DNA of 64,000 bases from the human T2T-CHM13v2.0 reference genome, Homo sapiens. Position 1 is the stretch's first letter. Each line of letters starts with the position of its first letter. Below are positions 1 to 13,880 of this stretch, in pieces. The notes below the pieces were generated by a model. The model saw only the letters and a program-made list of their open reading frames with translations, was not told the origin of the DNA and made no database searches. The stretch lies in the NCBI RefSeq assembly GCF_009914755.1, contig NC_060942.1; one strand, given 5' to 3'. Made by a program: the position numbers and the translations under genes.

Positions 1-314
1 AAAAGTAAAAGGACAACCTGACAAAGTCTGCCAAAGCTCTCACTAGGAGGAAGGCATTAGTATTCCAATACATCCTATTCTTTCTTTACTCCCAATAATA
101 AAGAATAAATGGACAACACATTACAGATTTATTAACTGCATGACCGTGAAAATATCTACCATTAAGCCCACTAGGACTGCCCATCAGAGCAAAGTTTTAA
201 AGATACTTGAAAAATAAGAAGGAAGGCAAATGGACTTGTAATTAAAGCATAAAAAGAGAGAGAAGGTGAAAGAGAGAAACTGTGTCCTGAAATAAAATTG
301 ACTGGTTGTGGCAC

Positions 315-316
<2 letters not shown>

Positions 317-345
<29 letters not shown>
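317..345. repeat. (TG)n microsatellite
   Basis: About 14 perfect TG units. Confidence 0.97.
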
Positions 346-347
<2 letters not shown>

Positions 348-807
348 TAAGAAAAATGTGAGCTTGATGGTAAATTATCAACTTTAAAAAGCTTGAGGTC
401 AAATGGACTTTATTTGCTTTATTTACTAAAGCCACTCAAGTAATAGAAATTTTCTACCAATTGTTAAGTTCTTTCCCAAATCTCAATCTGTAACTTTTTT
501 CAGGATCCTTTTTAGACAAATACTTACTTCTCTGCCATGATGTACTTTCTATAGATTTAATAGATAGAAGGTACATTACAAATGGAACTTTCAGATAAAG
601 CATATTGCAGAGAGATTATTTTAGAAGTTCTTATAAATTTTCTTACACATATCTAGAGTAAAACTAGACTTCTGAATACCTACACCATTTATGAATCAGG
701 AAATTATCAGACAATAGGCTATGGTCCCAGTATCTCTATGGACAAAAGAATTTGTAAACATAGGTAGTTTAATTATAGCAGGGTCATTGATAGTTCGTGG
801 TGATCAT

Positions 808-1246
808 TGTTGTGGGTTGAATAGTGTCCCTCCAAAATTCATGTCCACCCAGAACTTCAGGATGTTACTTTATTTGGAAATAGGGTCATTGCAGATGTAA
901 TTAGTTAAGTTGGTTATACTGGATTTGGGTGCACCCTAAATCTGATAATTGACTCCTTATAAGAAGAGGAGAGGATACACAGTGATGCAGAGAGGGGAAC
1001 GCCATGTGCAGATGAAGGAGGAGATTGCAGTGATGCAGCTATAAGCCAAGGCATGCCAAGGACTGACAGCAACCACTGGAAGCCGGGTGACAGGTGTGGA
1101 ATTCTCGGTCAGAGCCACTGGAAAGAACTGCTTGGTTAACATGATTTTGGACTTCTAGACCCTAGAACCATGAGAGAATAAATGTCTCTGTCTTAAGCCT
1201 CTCTGTTTGTGGTAGTTTGTTGCCACAGCCCTAGGAAACTAATACA
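808..1246 (+). mobile_element. MaLR solo LTR, MLT1C-like
   Basis: Starts TGTTGTGGGTTGAAT..CCAAAATTCATGT, contains TTATTTGGAAATAGGGTC..GCAGATGTAATTAGTTAAG, ends GCCCTAGGAAACTAATACA. Perfect 5-bp TSD ATCAT at 803-807 and 1247-1251. Confidence 0.9.
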
Positions 1247-2479
1247 ATCATAAATCAATCTTTCTGTATGTGTATAAACATTTAGGCTACATTCAACAGC
1301 AGGCCAAGCTGAGACTCAGCCTCGGAGGAATTATAGACCTCAAATAAATTAGTCACACCACCTTCAGCTCTTGTATAAGGATCATTAAATCTCGTGTTAC
1401 TACATAGAGTGAATATCCATTGCTAAAGGAAAACACCAACAGTTTTCTACTAGTTGATTAACTTATTATGAATTGTTGTTGTATTGTTCCTCTCATAAGA
1501 CCATCCACTTGTATAACACCCTTAAAGGAGCAACTTCATAACATTTATCCAGTATAGGAGAATACTGTGTTTTTTAGTTCATGCGTGTTCTGGGAATGGC
1601 CATGAACTGTTTTTTGGGATGCTCTTACACCATATCCTGGCTGGATGTTTTTTGTTCATGGGTCTAAGCTTAAAAATAAAAGAGGATACCAGGATGGTAT
1701 GCAGTATCTAGTTTCTTTTAAGTTCCACAAAAAAAAAGAAACAAAACAAAACAAGAAAAAAACGGAAGCCAAAAAGTTTCAAATGGCAAATGTGTTCCAT
1801 TCTAGGACATGTCAGATTACTAATAGGGTAAATATATATAGTAACCACTAATACATTTTTAGAATAATGCATTATTTGAGATATCATAGAAATAAACAGG
1901 TCTTTTAACCTTCTCAGATACTCTTTAAAAATGAACAACAAATGTGAAGTATTTTATTCTATCTTCAGTAATTGCTGTTGTTAAATTAAGGCTCACAACA
2001 AAAGGTACAATACAAGGTAGCATACTGCATAGCAGATACTACGAAAATATTATTAAAATACATTATGTATACCTTAGAAAGACTACAGAAATATTACAGT
2101 AGTTTGCTACACTAAACAGTCTGCTTTGACTTTTGACAGACCATTAATAACAAAAAATTTATCAACACTTCCATGGAGAAATTAACATCTTCTCTTTGGG
2201 GCATAAAAATGTGGCTTTGTGAATTCTTACAAAAGCCCTGGAATAATTGAGCTGTAAGATCCATGAAGACAAGATGTGGCACCAACCATAATGGTTATTA
2301 GGTAGCACCAGAAAAAAACACACAAATTAAAACCTCTCAAATTTACTAGCCCCCAAAATCCTCCATGAAGGAAACCATCACAATAGTGGTAAATTGGATG
2401 TAATATTAAATAAACATGGGTGGGAAAACATTTTTTGAATAGCAGAGGGTGGGCAATTCTTGCCTCCTCTGTAACTAAC

Positions 2480-2780
<301 letters not shown>

Positions 2781-2995
2781 CTGTAACTAATACACTTATG
2801 GGAAAATAATAAAAGTGAGATGAACAGGAACCCTGCCCTTAAGGAATCTCTGAGCATCTATCTCTAAATAGATTTCATACAATTGGTTCTTTTTGTGGAC
2901 TATAAATATGTACTAAAAATAGTATGCATATTTTGTGGATGGTTTGAATCATTTTCCTTTCAAAAAAGTCACAGCATCCACAGAGCTATAAATAA

Positions 2996-3430
<435 letters not shown>

Positions 3431-3900
3431 GGAATAGTTATTCTTGAATTATTCAAGGGTTTGCTATTCTTCAGAAACTTCACTCACCTAGTCACTCCAA
3501 ATTTTGAACAAATAGAAGGAATCTTAGCAGAACTAGAAAGCTCTATTTTAGCAAAGATCTTTAACTGAAGTTGTACAGATAAGTAAGGTGATCCAGTAAA
3601 TCTGCCAGGAAATGCCAAGATCTTCAAACAGGCCAATGGCAGTATGAAGTAGATAACTTCTTCTCAAAACCTTTGGAATAAGAGTATCCTATGAGTTTCA
3701 TGCTAGTGTTTATGACCTTTTTACTAGAATTTTCCTCTTTACTGATTAAGCATTTGCACTTCTGACTTAGCCTACTAATCCAATGACTTAAGTTTTATCA
3801 GAGACAATCATCACCTTAACTCTATACTTCAGTTCTCCCAGCCAGTTTTAGTACAACCAATTAAAACAATTAAAATAAAATATGTCACACCTATCTCACC

Positions 3901-3974
3901 AATAATGATATACTTTTAGACAATACACAAATGAAAGAATAATGATACAATTTTAGACAGTATGTAAATGAAAG
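3901..3974. repeat. Degenerate 37-bp tandem duplication
   Basis: AATAATGATATACTTTTAGACAATACACAAATGAAAG followed by AATAATGATACAATTTTAGACAGTATGTAAATGAAAG. Confidence 0.85.
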
Positions 3975-6900
3975 ATTTTTTTCCCTTGTGCTAGAAAAAA
4001 TACAAACTGCAAAAATAACTATCACAATATACCTGAAGTGCCTGAGGTTTCTCCCCTTCCCCTATGCGGGCTCACGCTTCTCAGTGCCAAACCAGATGGA
4101 AGACTAATTATTCTACAGGGCTACTGGTTAGATTTTCCTACAATTTAAGACCCTCTAATGCCCTCAGTGAATGTTGTCTTCATTCGAAATGTCCAAAAGA
4201 ATAAAACCCTTGATGAGTTAAACAAACAAACAAACAAACAAAAACCCTCATACCTGATGAAACAAGACTCCTAGGGAAATCAATCCCAGGAATAAATTTG
4301 AAGAAATGGAGCTGGTCTTCAAAAACCATGACACTGAATTGGGATGGTGTGGTTAATAACACAGCACAAGCCCTATGTGCACAATAAACTAGTTAAATAT
4401 TCTTAGTTCAAGAATTATGAATAAAGAACAGTATTGCATTATCTTTGGGCCAATGAGTATGTGCTGCATGATTTCTAAACTTTATGTTAATTTGGATTAA
4501 CATCATAAAGGAGATAAAATGGTGTTTGTGTTTGTGAGGCAGGGGTATATTCAGTGGAAACTACAAAGCTTAGAGACATTTGTTAGAAATTAACAAAGAT
4601 TAAAAAACGATTACATTAAGAGATCAACACAAGAAGTCAGAACAAGAACCAAAAAATACATTAAGAAAATAAAAACAAAAAAAAAGGAAAATTCAATAAA
4701 ATATTTTCACTTATTTTTTTCTGTATACTTTGTATAAAAATAAGAGTGATGGATTCAAGTACCTAATTAAAATTGGTTTTGTTTCTATCGATTTCTATCA
4801 AATACTTTTGCCATTGAATTGTTTCACTTTCTACATGGGTTCTTTTGTGTGGTTAAGAGATCAAACTTTATTAGATCTTGAACAAGAATTAAAGGGAACA
4901 GATAAACACGAAGCATATTAAAGAAGAGAAATGACATAACGCTGCAAAAATAAGAATCACACATTTTTTTCTGATGCTTTGCTGATTCTTAATTCCTATG
5001 GTTCTGGAGGTAAGTTTTGCTCTAGGAGAGCATTACTCCAAAAGTTGGTTCAAATAAGAGAAGCTGACATGTGACTAACCTTAGAGCTACAGGGGAGAAC
5101 AACAATGCCTAATTGCAGGATGTGATTTAAAATCCTAGTTGTTCTTGGAGTATTTAGATTATTGAATCCTCAGAACATATTTTCACCAAGATAAGATGAT
5201 GTTGCATTTAAAAATCACTTCAAATGACGTGAAAATTTCTACCTGATTTTAAACTGGTGAGATAAGCATTAAAAAAGTGAACAATCTCTTAGGAAAATAT
5301 ACTTTGTTATTAAACTCTCCCCAGAGTTATCTGCAGGCTACTTACATCATTCTGTTGATGCCAAATACTCTGGGTCTTGTCAACTTCCCAGAAACCCATG
5401 CCCTAAAATTTAACCCACAGTCCTAGGAACGGTTGAATCCTAATTCTACCTAGGAAATTAAACACATGCATAAAATTTAATTCATTCTCTCTCTCTCTCT
5501 CTCTCTCTGGAGTATTTGAAAATGTCTATGTCTATGCCATTCAGGGTGTTTAGAAACAAATGTCCCATGCTGGTCATGGTCAATATTCCCAATGTCCCTT
5601 TTGCTCTCAGAAAAGCTCCGGAGGGAAACCAAGGGTCCTTCAAAGTCTAATATTCTCTTGCAGGGTTTATCACCCACAAAGCAGACTATAGTTAAAGTAA
5701 CGACTTGCTAATGGGAAGATAAATTTTAGCTGAAGGAGAAATTGAAGTGCAGAACAAAGAAAGGACCCAAATCTATTACAGAGAAACATATGAAGGACAT
5801 GAAGAAATCCTTGGACAACTGGTTTTGGAAAATGTTCAGGGAATGTCATTAGAAAACATTTTCAACAAACTAAGGTTAGAAAGGATAGCGGAGAGCCATT
5901 ACTTCAACTCACTTGGCAAACTAATGAACTTTGGAAAATGCAGTTCTTTAACTTTGAAACAATTGCAATAAAGAACTCGATCCAAATTGACATATTGATC
6001 AATCTATTCCAGAACTGATGCTTCAGGAAGATGCCCTGAATGTCAGTGGTGTGAATCACAATGAGGTATTTAAAGCGCAGCAGTTCATTGGGATTTATTT
6101 TACAAAAATAACATTGAAGATGAGTAAGAATTACTGTTTCAATTTGAAAAATAAACCCTTGTCAACCAAAGCATAGCAACAGTATTTTTTAATCCATCTT
6201 GGCTATGTAATTTTCCACCCAAAATATGACAGATGGCTTTACTTAAATAAATGATTGCACTATGTAAGATCATAGCTGGAATGCTATTTCTCCTGGTGCA
6301 GCTACACAGTTCTGCAGCTCTACATATCAAAGGATTTCACCTTCAGAGGACATGAGGATGAATTGACTAACAGTCGTTATGTTTTCAAGATATACACAAT
6401 ACTGCTGAGGACTTTATATGGATGCATAAAACCATTAAGGTGAAGGTTTATGGTAGTCACAGACAGAGCCATTTCTAAGTCAGGCTCACATTTCCATTGT
6501 CGAACCTTACCATGTTCAGGGTGAAGCTGCAAGAAATAAGATACACATAGAGAAAAAGGCCAAGTCAGAGATTTTAGTCTATTCCTTTCTCTCTCTCTCT
6601 CTTTTTTTTTTTTTTAATCTTTGAGTTTGGTTCCGTATCAACTTGTGAAAAGCTGCTGGAAAGTAAGAGAGATTTTGCTGCCAGGTCTGAACTGCAGGGG
6701 TGGAATTGGCAGTAGTAAAACCAAAAAGATTGAGCAAATAAAAGATAATATAGATTGTTTCCTGTTGTGTCTGTTTTCAAATTACTGTGTTTAAATGAAC
6801 TTCTTTTTTAGCAAACTGTCTTTGGTCTCTCTCTTCCTGGCCTCTAGTGACCTTTCTAGTGATTCTTTCCCTCTCGTGTCTGAAAGTATCTGAAACCTTG

Positions 6901-7536
6901 GTCTTTGTCTCAAAGAATTCATGAGAATAAATATAACATCGACAGTTTGGATAAGCAGTTTGATCAGGATTTATGAAATATTTGGCCAACAAAAGTTAAT
7001 CTTATATTTTGCATGGATTTGATGCATTTATAACATTTTTTTAAAAATTAAGAAAAAGAGATTTGAAAGGCAAACTGTAAATTTAGTGCATTTCATCTAT
7101 AAAGAGATTTGATAATACTAGAATAAGCTTGGATTTTCATGTTGCCCATAGTATCAATTTCAGCTTGTTAGTCACTTTTAAGTTTAATAGGTCTTCCCCC
7201 ACATTTGTTTGATAAGGAACAATGTGCTTTCAAATGAAGAGGAAACCAACTCTCAGGAAGGAGGAAACACTCAACCACAACAATCCTTCTACTAAGTCAA
7301 ACAGTGTGGATTGCAAACATTTTATCATTTTGATAAACTAAAAATGGTAATTTCAACCTAATAAGTGCCTATGAGATAATAGGCAGATGAACATAACAAA
7401 TCTATTACACAACCTGACTTTGGTAGGTGCTATTTTCTAACTTTGATTGCTTCTGCTCTTTAACTGAATTGTCAATAAAAGAGCCAAATAAATCATAAAG
7501 TATTGCAGTTGAATAATTACAACAACTTTTGAGGCC

Positions 7537-7954
7537 TGTATTCATTTGTTCTCTCACATTGCTATAAAGAAATACCTGAGACTGGGTAATTTATATAGAA
7601 AAGAGGTTTACTTGGCTCACATTTCTGCAGGCTGTTTGGGAAGCATAGCAGCTTCCGCTTCTGGGGAGGCTTCAGGAGATTTATAACCATGGTGGAAGGT
7701 GAAAGGGAAGCAGGCACATCTTATGTGGCTGGAGCAGGAGGAAGAGGCAGGGGATGGTGCTACACACTTTTAAACAACCAGATCTTGTGATAACTCACTC
7801 ACTCACTATCATAAGAACAGGACTGAGGAGACGGTGCTAAACCATCCATGAAGGATATGTCTCCATGATCCAAACATCTCTCACCAGGCCCTACCTCCAA
7901 CATTGGAGATTACCACCTGAGATTTGGGTGGGGACACGAATCCAAACCATATCC
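7537..7954 (-). mobile_element. MaLR solo LTR, MSTA-like
   Basis: CACATTGCTATAAAGAAATACCTGAGACTGGGTAATTTAT...GAGATTTGGGTGGGGACAC..ATCCAAACCATATC. Near-TSD AGGCC/AGGCT. Confidence 0.9.
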
Positions 7955-8544
7955 AGGCTCCTGTAAGAAACTTTTGCTTAGGCATATATTCCCTGACTTA
8001 TTTCGTAAATAATTCTGTGTATGAAACACTTCAAACAGAGAAAATGGAGACCACCATTATTCAATAATTAATGTCAATAATTTGTCACTTATCTGATTTT
8101 AAGATATTAAAATATTACAAATATATTTGAAGTCTTTTTCATATACCTTTCACCACTCTCCTTTCTTACCTTCATTCTAAGTAGTAAACACTAATATGAA
8201 GTTGATTTATATTTTTTCTACCATTATCTTATAATGTGATATATTTATATAATATTTTGTTTTTTAATATTACAGGAAAATGGTAGCCTGCATGTACCAT
8301 ACTATGATTAACTGATGATTTTAAGAAAGGTACATGTTGAAATGAGACTGTGTCACTCCTCTCCTCTCAATGTAATCACTGTAGAAACCAGAGTCCCTCC
8401 AGAACTTCCAAGTCCCCAGGGTGATTTTTTTAACCAATTCTTCAGTCCCCTTCCCTTCCATTTTCCCTCATCCTCACTGAGTTTTAGCCATGCCAGCCTA
8501 TTGCTATTTTTTTGTTGTTCCCCTTCCTGAAAATCATTTCTTTA

Positions 8545-8706
8545 AAAATAAATTTTAATATATGCTTTTAAGGTATCAAACATGGCATTATGGTATACAT
8601 AAGAGAAAGTAAAAGGATCAATACAGTTAAGCAAATGAACATATCTATCATCCCACAATTACCTTTATTATTATTTTTTTTGGTGGAAAAAGCAGCTAAA
8701 ATCTAC
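8545..8706 (-). mobile_element. L1MA-type 3' end fragment
   Basis: AAGCAAATGAACATATCTATCATCCCAC...AGCAGCTAAAATCTAC resembles the antisense 3' UTR of older L1MA elements. Confidence 0.65.
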
Positions 8707-8909
8707 CAGAATGCTTTTTAAACAGATTCATAACACTTTTCAGTACCTGTCATACTTTTGCTTGACTGACTGCATCCGCGAAAGAATATAAATCTCAAGA
8801 AAATGGAACATTTTGGGGGAAAGGGGAAGCATGGTTCTATATATGATGTCCATAGCAATAACTGGCTCAATAAGATTAAATGAATAAATTAATTTTATCA
8901 GTATTGGAT

Positions 8910-9670
8910 AGTTTTGTTAGATATAAAGTTTGGGGTTAACTATTTTTGCTTTCAGCCTTTGAGAATCTCATTCCATTGCCTTCTGCCATCCATTTTTTCA
9001 AACAAAAAGTCATCATAACTTTATAAATTCATTAAACATACACAATAAAATTTAAAAAATTTAATGTACTCCTCTACATCATGAGTCAAATTCCTCTTGT
9101 TGCTTTCAAGATTATCTGTTTGTCTTTGGCTTTCATGGGTTTGGTTATGATGTATCTAGGTGCAAATCTTTTGTGATTATTAAAGTTTGTTGAGCTCCTA
9201 GATCTCCAGATTAACTTTTTTTTTATCAATTTGAGGAAAGCTTTGATCATTATTTCTTCCATTTTATTCTCCCTTTGTCTCCCTTATGTACTTTTGGGAT
9301 CATGATTACACATCAATTGGTATGCTTGGCATTGTACCACAAGTCTCTGAAGCTCAGCTAACTTTACTTTAATTTTGTTCCCTGTATATTCTTCAAGTTG
9401 CATAATTGCTATTACTTATCTTCAAATTAACCAATTAATTTTTCTGCAATCTCAAATCTGCTGTCAGACACGTCTAGTGAATTTTTCATTTTGATTGTTC
9501 TTTTGAATAATAGTTCCTTTTGATTTTTTTCTTTATAGTTTCTATTTCTCTGTTGAGCGTCAGTATTTGGCAAGCCATTGACATCTTCTTTCTCTCACTC
9601 CTTTGCATGTAGTTTTTAAAAATTTCTTGTATATATTTAAAACAGATATTTAAGTGCAAGCCCAGTATTA
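8910..9670 (-). mobile_element. Old L1M fragment (5'/ORF1 region)
   Basis: T-rich sequence with TTCCATTGCCTTCTG and GCTTTCAAGATT..TTTGTCTTTGGCTTTC..TTATGATGTATCTAGGTG, typical of antisense L1M. Confidence 0.7.
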
Positions 9671-10042
9671 GAAACACATCTGCAACTAATGAAGTAGTAA
9701 TGGTGATTCAATGGAATAGATGAAGAGTAGACAAAAATCTCACCTCTTATTGTGCCAACTTGATTGGTCTGACCTAAGGACAAGCGTAGAACCTTGTGTA
9801 GGAAAAGGTTTGCAATCTCTCCTTTTCATTGTCATTTACATGTATTTAATTCAATGTATGTGTTTAAATATGCATAAAGACATTACTTCACTGTGCTTTT
9901 CCTGCCTACTTAAATCTGCAGAAAATCAGAGTCATAAGTAAATTAAAAACTAATGCTTCATGAGGAAAAATCCATACTAAATCAGGAGAAAAGAACACAA
10001 AGCTGCTAGATCCAGTGGCTTCATTGGTAATTACTAAACATG

Positions 10043-10084
10043 AATAGATTCCAGGGTTTAACAAATAGATTCCAGGGTTTAACA
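10043..10084. repeat. Perfect 21-bp tandem duplication
   Basis: AATAGATTCCAGGGTTTAACA x2. Confidence 0.95.
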
Positions 10085-10527
10085 AAAATGGACAGATAGA
10101 TAAACAGAGCCATACTATCTGCTAGCTACTGTGTTACTCATATGATCAAAAGTGTAGAGAATGAAATGAACTTTCTGCTTTGATGAAACTTGGTCTACCA
10201 GAAGTACTGGAAATATGGAACAGTGGACTTGTCAATTATTGTTATAATATCTAATATCATTTTGTGTAGTAAATGTAATCTTTTGGCTAATCTTTCAGCC
10301 ATCTTCATTTTTAGAAAGAATTAAACAAATAACATTTAGAAATAATTATAAGTTCTGTAAAGAAGTTAAAAAGCCAGAAATCACATATTTATTCCTGCTG
10401 TTTTATATTCTTCTTATCTACTTGATAAAAAAGATCTTAATACTTCAAGGTTATGTGATATATAAATAGCAAATAATAACATAAAAAATGTACACTCAAT
10501 ATTAAGTATAAATACATGTACAAATGG

Positions 10528-10854
<327 letters not shown>

Positions 10855-11534
10855 TACTTGCACAATTACCTGTTGCTAGAACATAAAATATTTCAACAGG
10901 AAGGAGAGAGAGAGAAAATTTATATAAATATGTGTTTCTTAATTCAGGGTATGAATTCTATCAATAATATGCTGAACTAAACATTTATGTTTACTTTTGG
11001 AACTCTTTGCAAACCACTCTTGCTCTAGTGAACTGTTACTCTCAGGATTTTTCTTAAGTACCTATTGAGACAACTAAGAAATTAGGCAATGTGTGTCTTT
11101 AGACTTGCCAGTCATATTGCATGGGAAATGCTTTACCCACCTTTAATTACAAGATGAAAAGCATCCAGAACAAGAGTGGCAGACAGGCTTATATATCAGG
11201 AGAGAAGAAAGAGATGATTTGTTCCAAGTTCAGTCCCTTGGCTCATCTTTGGACTCGAAGCATCATAAAGGCAGCCCACTGCATCCCTAATGTGTTGCTT
11301 CTGTACATCCAGCACTGCACTAATTTACAGTGGTGCTCAACACCTGTTCCTGATGATGAACAGAAGACTGTAGCTTTGCAGATATCTTTCTCTCTAATTT
11401 TGCATTGGATAAAAAAGCTGTAGCGTGAGTTCCAATGTCACTTTAGTGTTAGGCTGAGTTGTTGATTAACGTGTTTGCCCCGAAGTTTACATCTTTAAGT
11501 GATTTTTATCTCTCATAAGAAAGAAAACAAGATA

Positions 11535-11890
11535 TTTTTTTGACAGCCTTGTTGAGTAGAATTGAGTAAAAACTCTGTGCATTTTAATGTATACAGTTTG
11601 ACGGGTTTGGACATGCGTATACACCCAAGAGTCCATAACCATAATTAAGGTCATAGACATATCCAACATCTCCAGAAGTTTACTCGTGTCCCTTTTGTGT
11701 GTTTGTGTGGTAAGATCACCTAACAAGAGCTCTACATTTTGAACAATGTATAAGGGCAAAATACGATATTGTTAAATACAAGGTACTGTGTTGTTCAGTA
11801 GACCTCATCTTGTATAACTGAAACTGTCCCAATTGAACAACATCCCATTTTCCCCTCTCCTCAGACACTGGCAACCACTGTTCTATTCAA
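11535..11890 (-). mobile_element. L1MB/L1MA10-type 3' end fragment
   Basis: TTTAATGTATACAGTTTGA..GTTTGGACAT..TGTGGTAAGA..GTATAACTGAAACT..CTGGCAACCACTGTTCTA. Confidence 0.75.
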
Positions 11891-12919
11891 ACCAGAGGTA
11901 TTTTCAATTGCAACTTTCAATTGCAAACTGTGACAAAGTTGAAAATTATAAAGCCATGTTGGATTCCAAGACATTGAGGACCATATATAACATACTGTGC
12001 TGATACAGAAATAGATGAAGTATAGTCCATTGTGCCAGACACACACCACACTCCATACTTGTTAGCTGCTATTCTTACTATCAATAAACCATTTTTAGGC
12101 TTTAAATTTTCTTCAAGTACTGCCCACAGTACATCTTGTACTTCTAAAAAAAAAAGGTATTATTGTGCTGTGACTGCTCCACATCGCTGATCTCTAATAG
12201 AATGTTTTCAGGTAAACACTGTGGGTGCTGCCTCACACAGAGTGCACACTAAAGAAACTCATGTTCCTTTATTCACGTCCACAGCAGTTACTGTGAGCTT
12301 GAGACTACCACTACTTTTCAGCCTTTTTTTCTAAACTACAGCACAACTGACATAAAATTTTCTTAAATACTGAAATTAGTTTGTAAGTTATGTGCAATTA
12401 GTAGCATCAGTTGTGTCTCTCATTTGCACTTACATTTTTTTAAAAAATTATTCATCAGTAAAATCTTGACTTATCAGAATAATGTCATAATTACTTGGAG
12501 TATATTCACCAAATGTGTGTTTATACATATATAATGTGATAGGTATATAATTTAATAAATAACTTATGAGGTAGATATGGAAATTTGGACTTTTCCAGCT
12601 TTTACTGAATATAATAAAATTATGTGCTTTGAGTATAAAGAATGAGTTTTGTGGTTTTTATTTTCATTTTTTTTGTCTTGCAGAAACTAGCCAAGTACGT
12701 GCACAAAGCAGATCCCCCCAAAAATACTGGTTCACATAAGAATGAATTAGTACATGAATATATACATATTCACTGTTGATAAAGATGTAAAGTAGATTTT
12801 ACCATGAGCTTAGACATTTGAAAAGATATATTTTATTATTTTAATTTAGAAAAGAATTTAATGCTAACAACAAATATACATATATATATGTATATATATA
12901 TTTTAAAGTCTAGGTGACA

Positions 12920-13206
12920 GGTCAGGCACAGTGGCTCACACCTGTAATCCTAGCACTTTGGGAGACTGAGGAGGTGGGTGGATCACCTGAGGTTAGGAGT
13001 TCGAAACCAGCCTGGCCAAAATGGTGAAACCCTGTCTCTACTAAGAACACAAAAGTTAGCCAGGCGTGGTGGTGCTACTAAGAACACAAAACTTAGCCAG
13101 GCGTGGTGGTGCATGCCGGTAATCCCGGCTACTCAGGAGGCTGAGGCAGAGGGATCACTTGAACTCAGGAGGCGGAGGTTGCAATGACCCAAGATCGCCC
13201 CATCTC

Positions 13207-13234
<28 letters not shown>
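12920..13234 (+). mobile_element. Alu (AluS-type) with internal 37-bp duplication and 3' deletion
   Basis: Alu dimer with a long A tail. TSD AAAGTCTAGGTG(A/G)CAG on both sides. Confidence 0.95.
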
Positions 13235-13238
<4 letters not shown>

Positions 13239-13629
13239 AGGTGGCAGCAGAAATACCTGATGAAATTATTCAAAACAATCCACTATCATGTACTCAAATT
13301 TACTTTGAAATTATCCTTAGGTAAGTAACAGATTATTTCATCTTTATTCATGGATTAGATAAAAATGTGATAGAATCAGTGAGCTAAAAATGGAAATAGA
13401 TTTCCTTTGATATCTATCTTGATGTAAAGGATTTTTGACCAGGTTAAAAAAGTAGCTTGCCAATATCCCTTAGCTATAGGTAGAGCCAAAAACCCTCCAC
13501 AGGGCATGAAATTAATTCTTATCATGTCAATACTCTAATAAGAGGGTTAGCATGACCAGTTATTGTTCTTCCTTCCCTCTTTCATCCATTGAATCTTTAA
13601 TTTCTTCCCTTAGATGTTAGTTTGTTTAA

Positions 13630-13880
13630 TAATTTATTTCACAAATATTTATCGGGTATTTATCATAGGCACTAAAGATTCAGAAGTGAGTAAGATAGAG
13701 TTCCTGCCCTCAAGAGGCCTGTAGTTAGGAGAAATATATTTATAAACATCAGTTACAACTCAAAATAGAAATGGAACTATAATATACACAACATATTTTC
13801 AAAGCCAAAAAGAAAACGAAACTAGCTTTGGGGAAAAGTGTAAGAAGGAGAACGGGTGGTAGGTGAAACCTTCCTTGAGA
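13630..13880 (-). mobile_element. L2 3' end fragment
   Basis: ACAAATATTTAT..TAGGCACTAAAGAT..AAGATAGAGTTCCTGCCCTCAAG. Confidence 0.6.

Noticed and set aside
5747-5971. Protein-like 74-aa purine-rich ORF
   Set aside because: GTG start, no recognisable homology, no convincing splice boundaries, and the 3' part resembles a degraded MIR.
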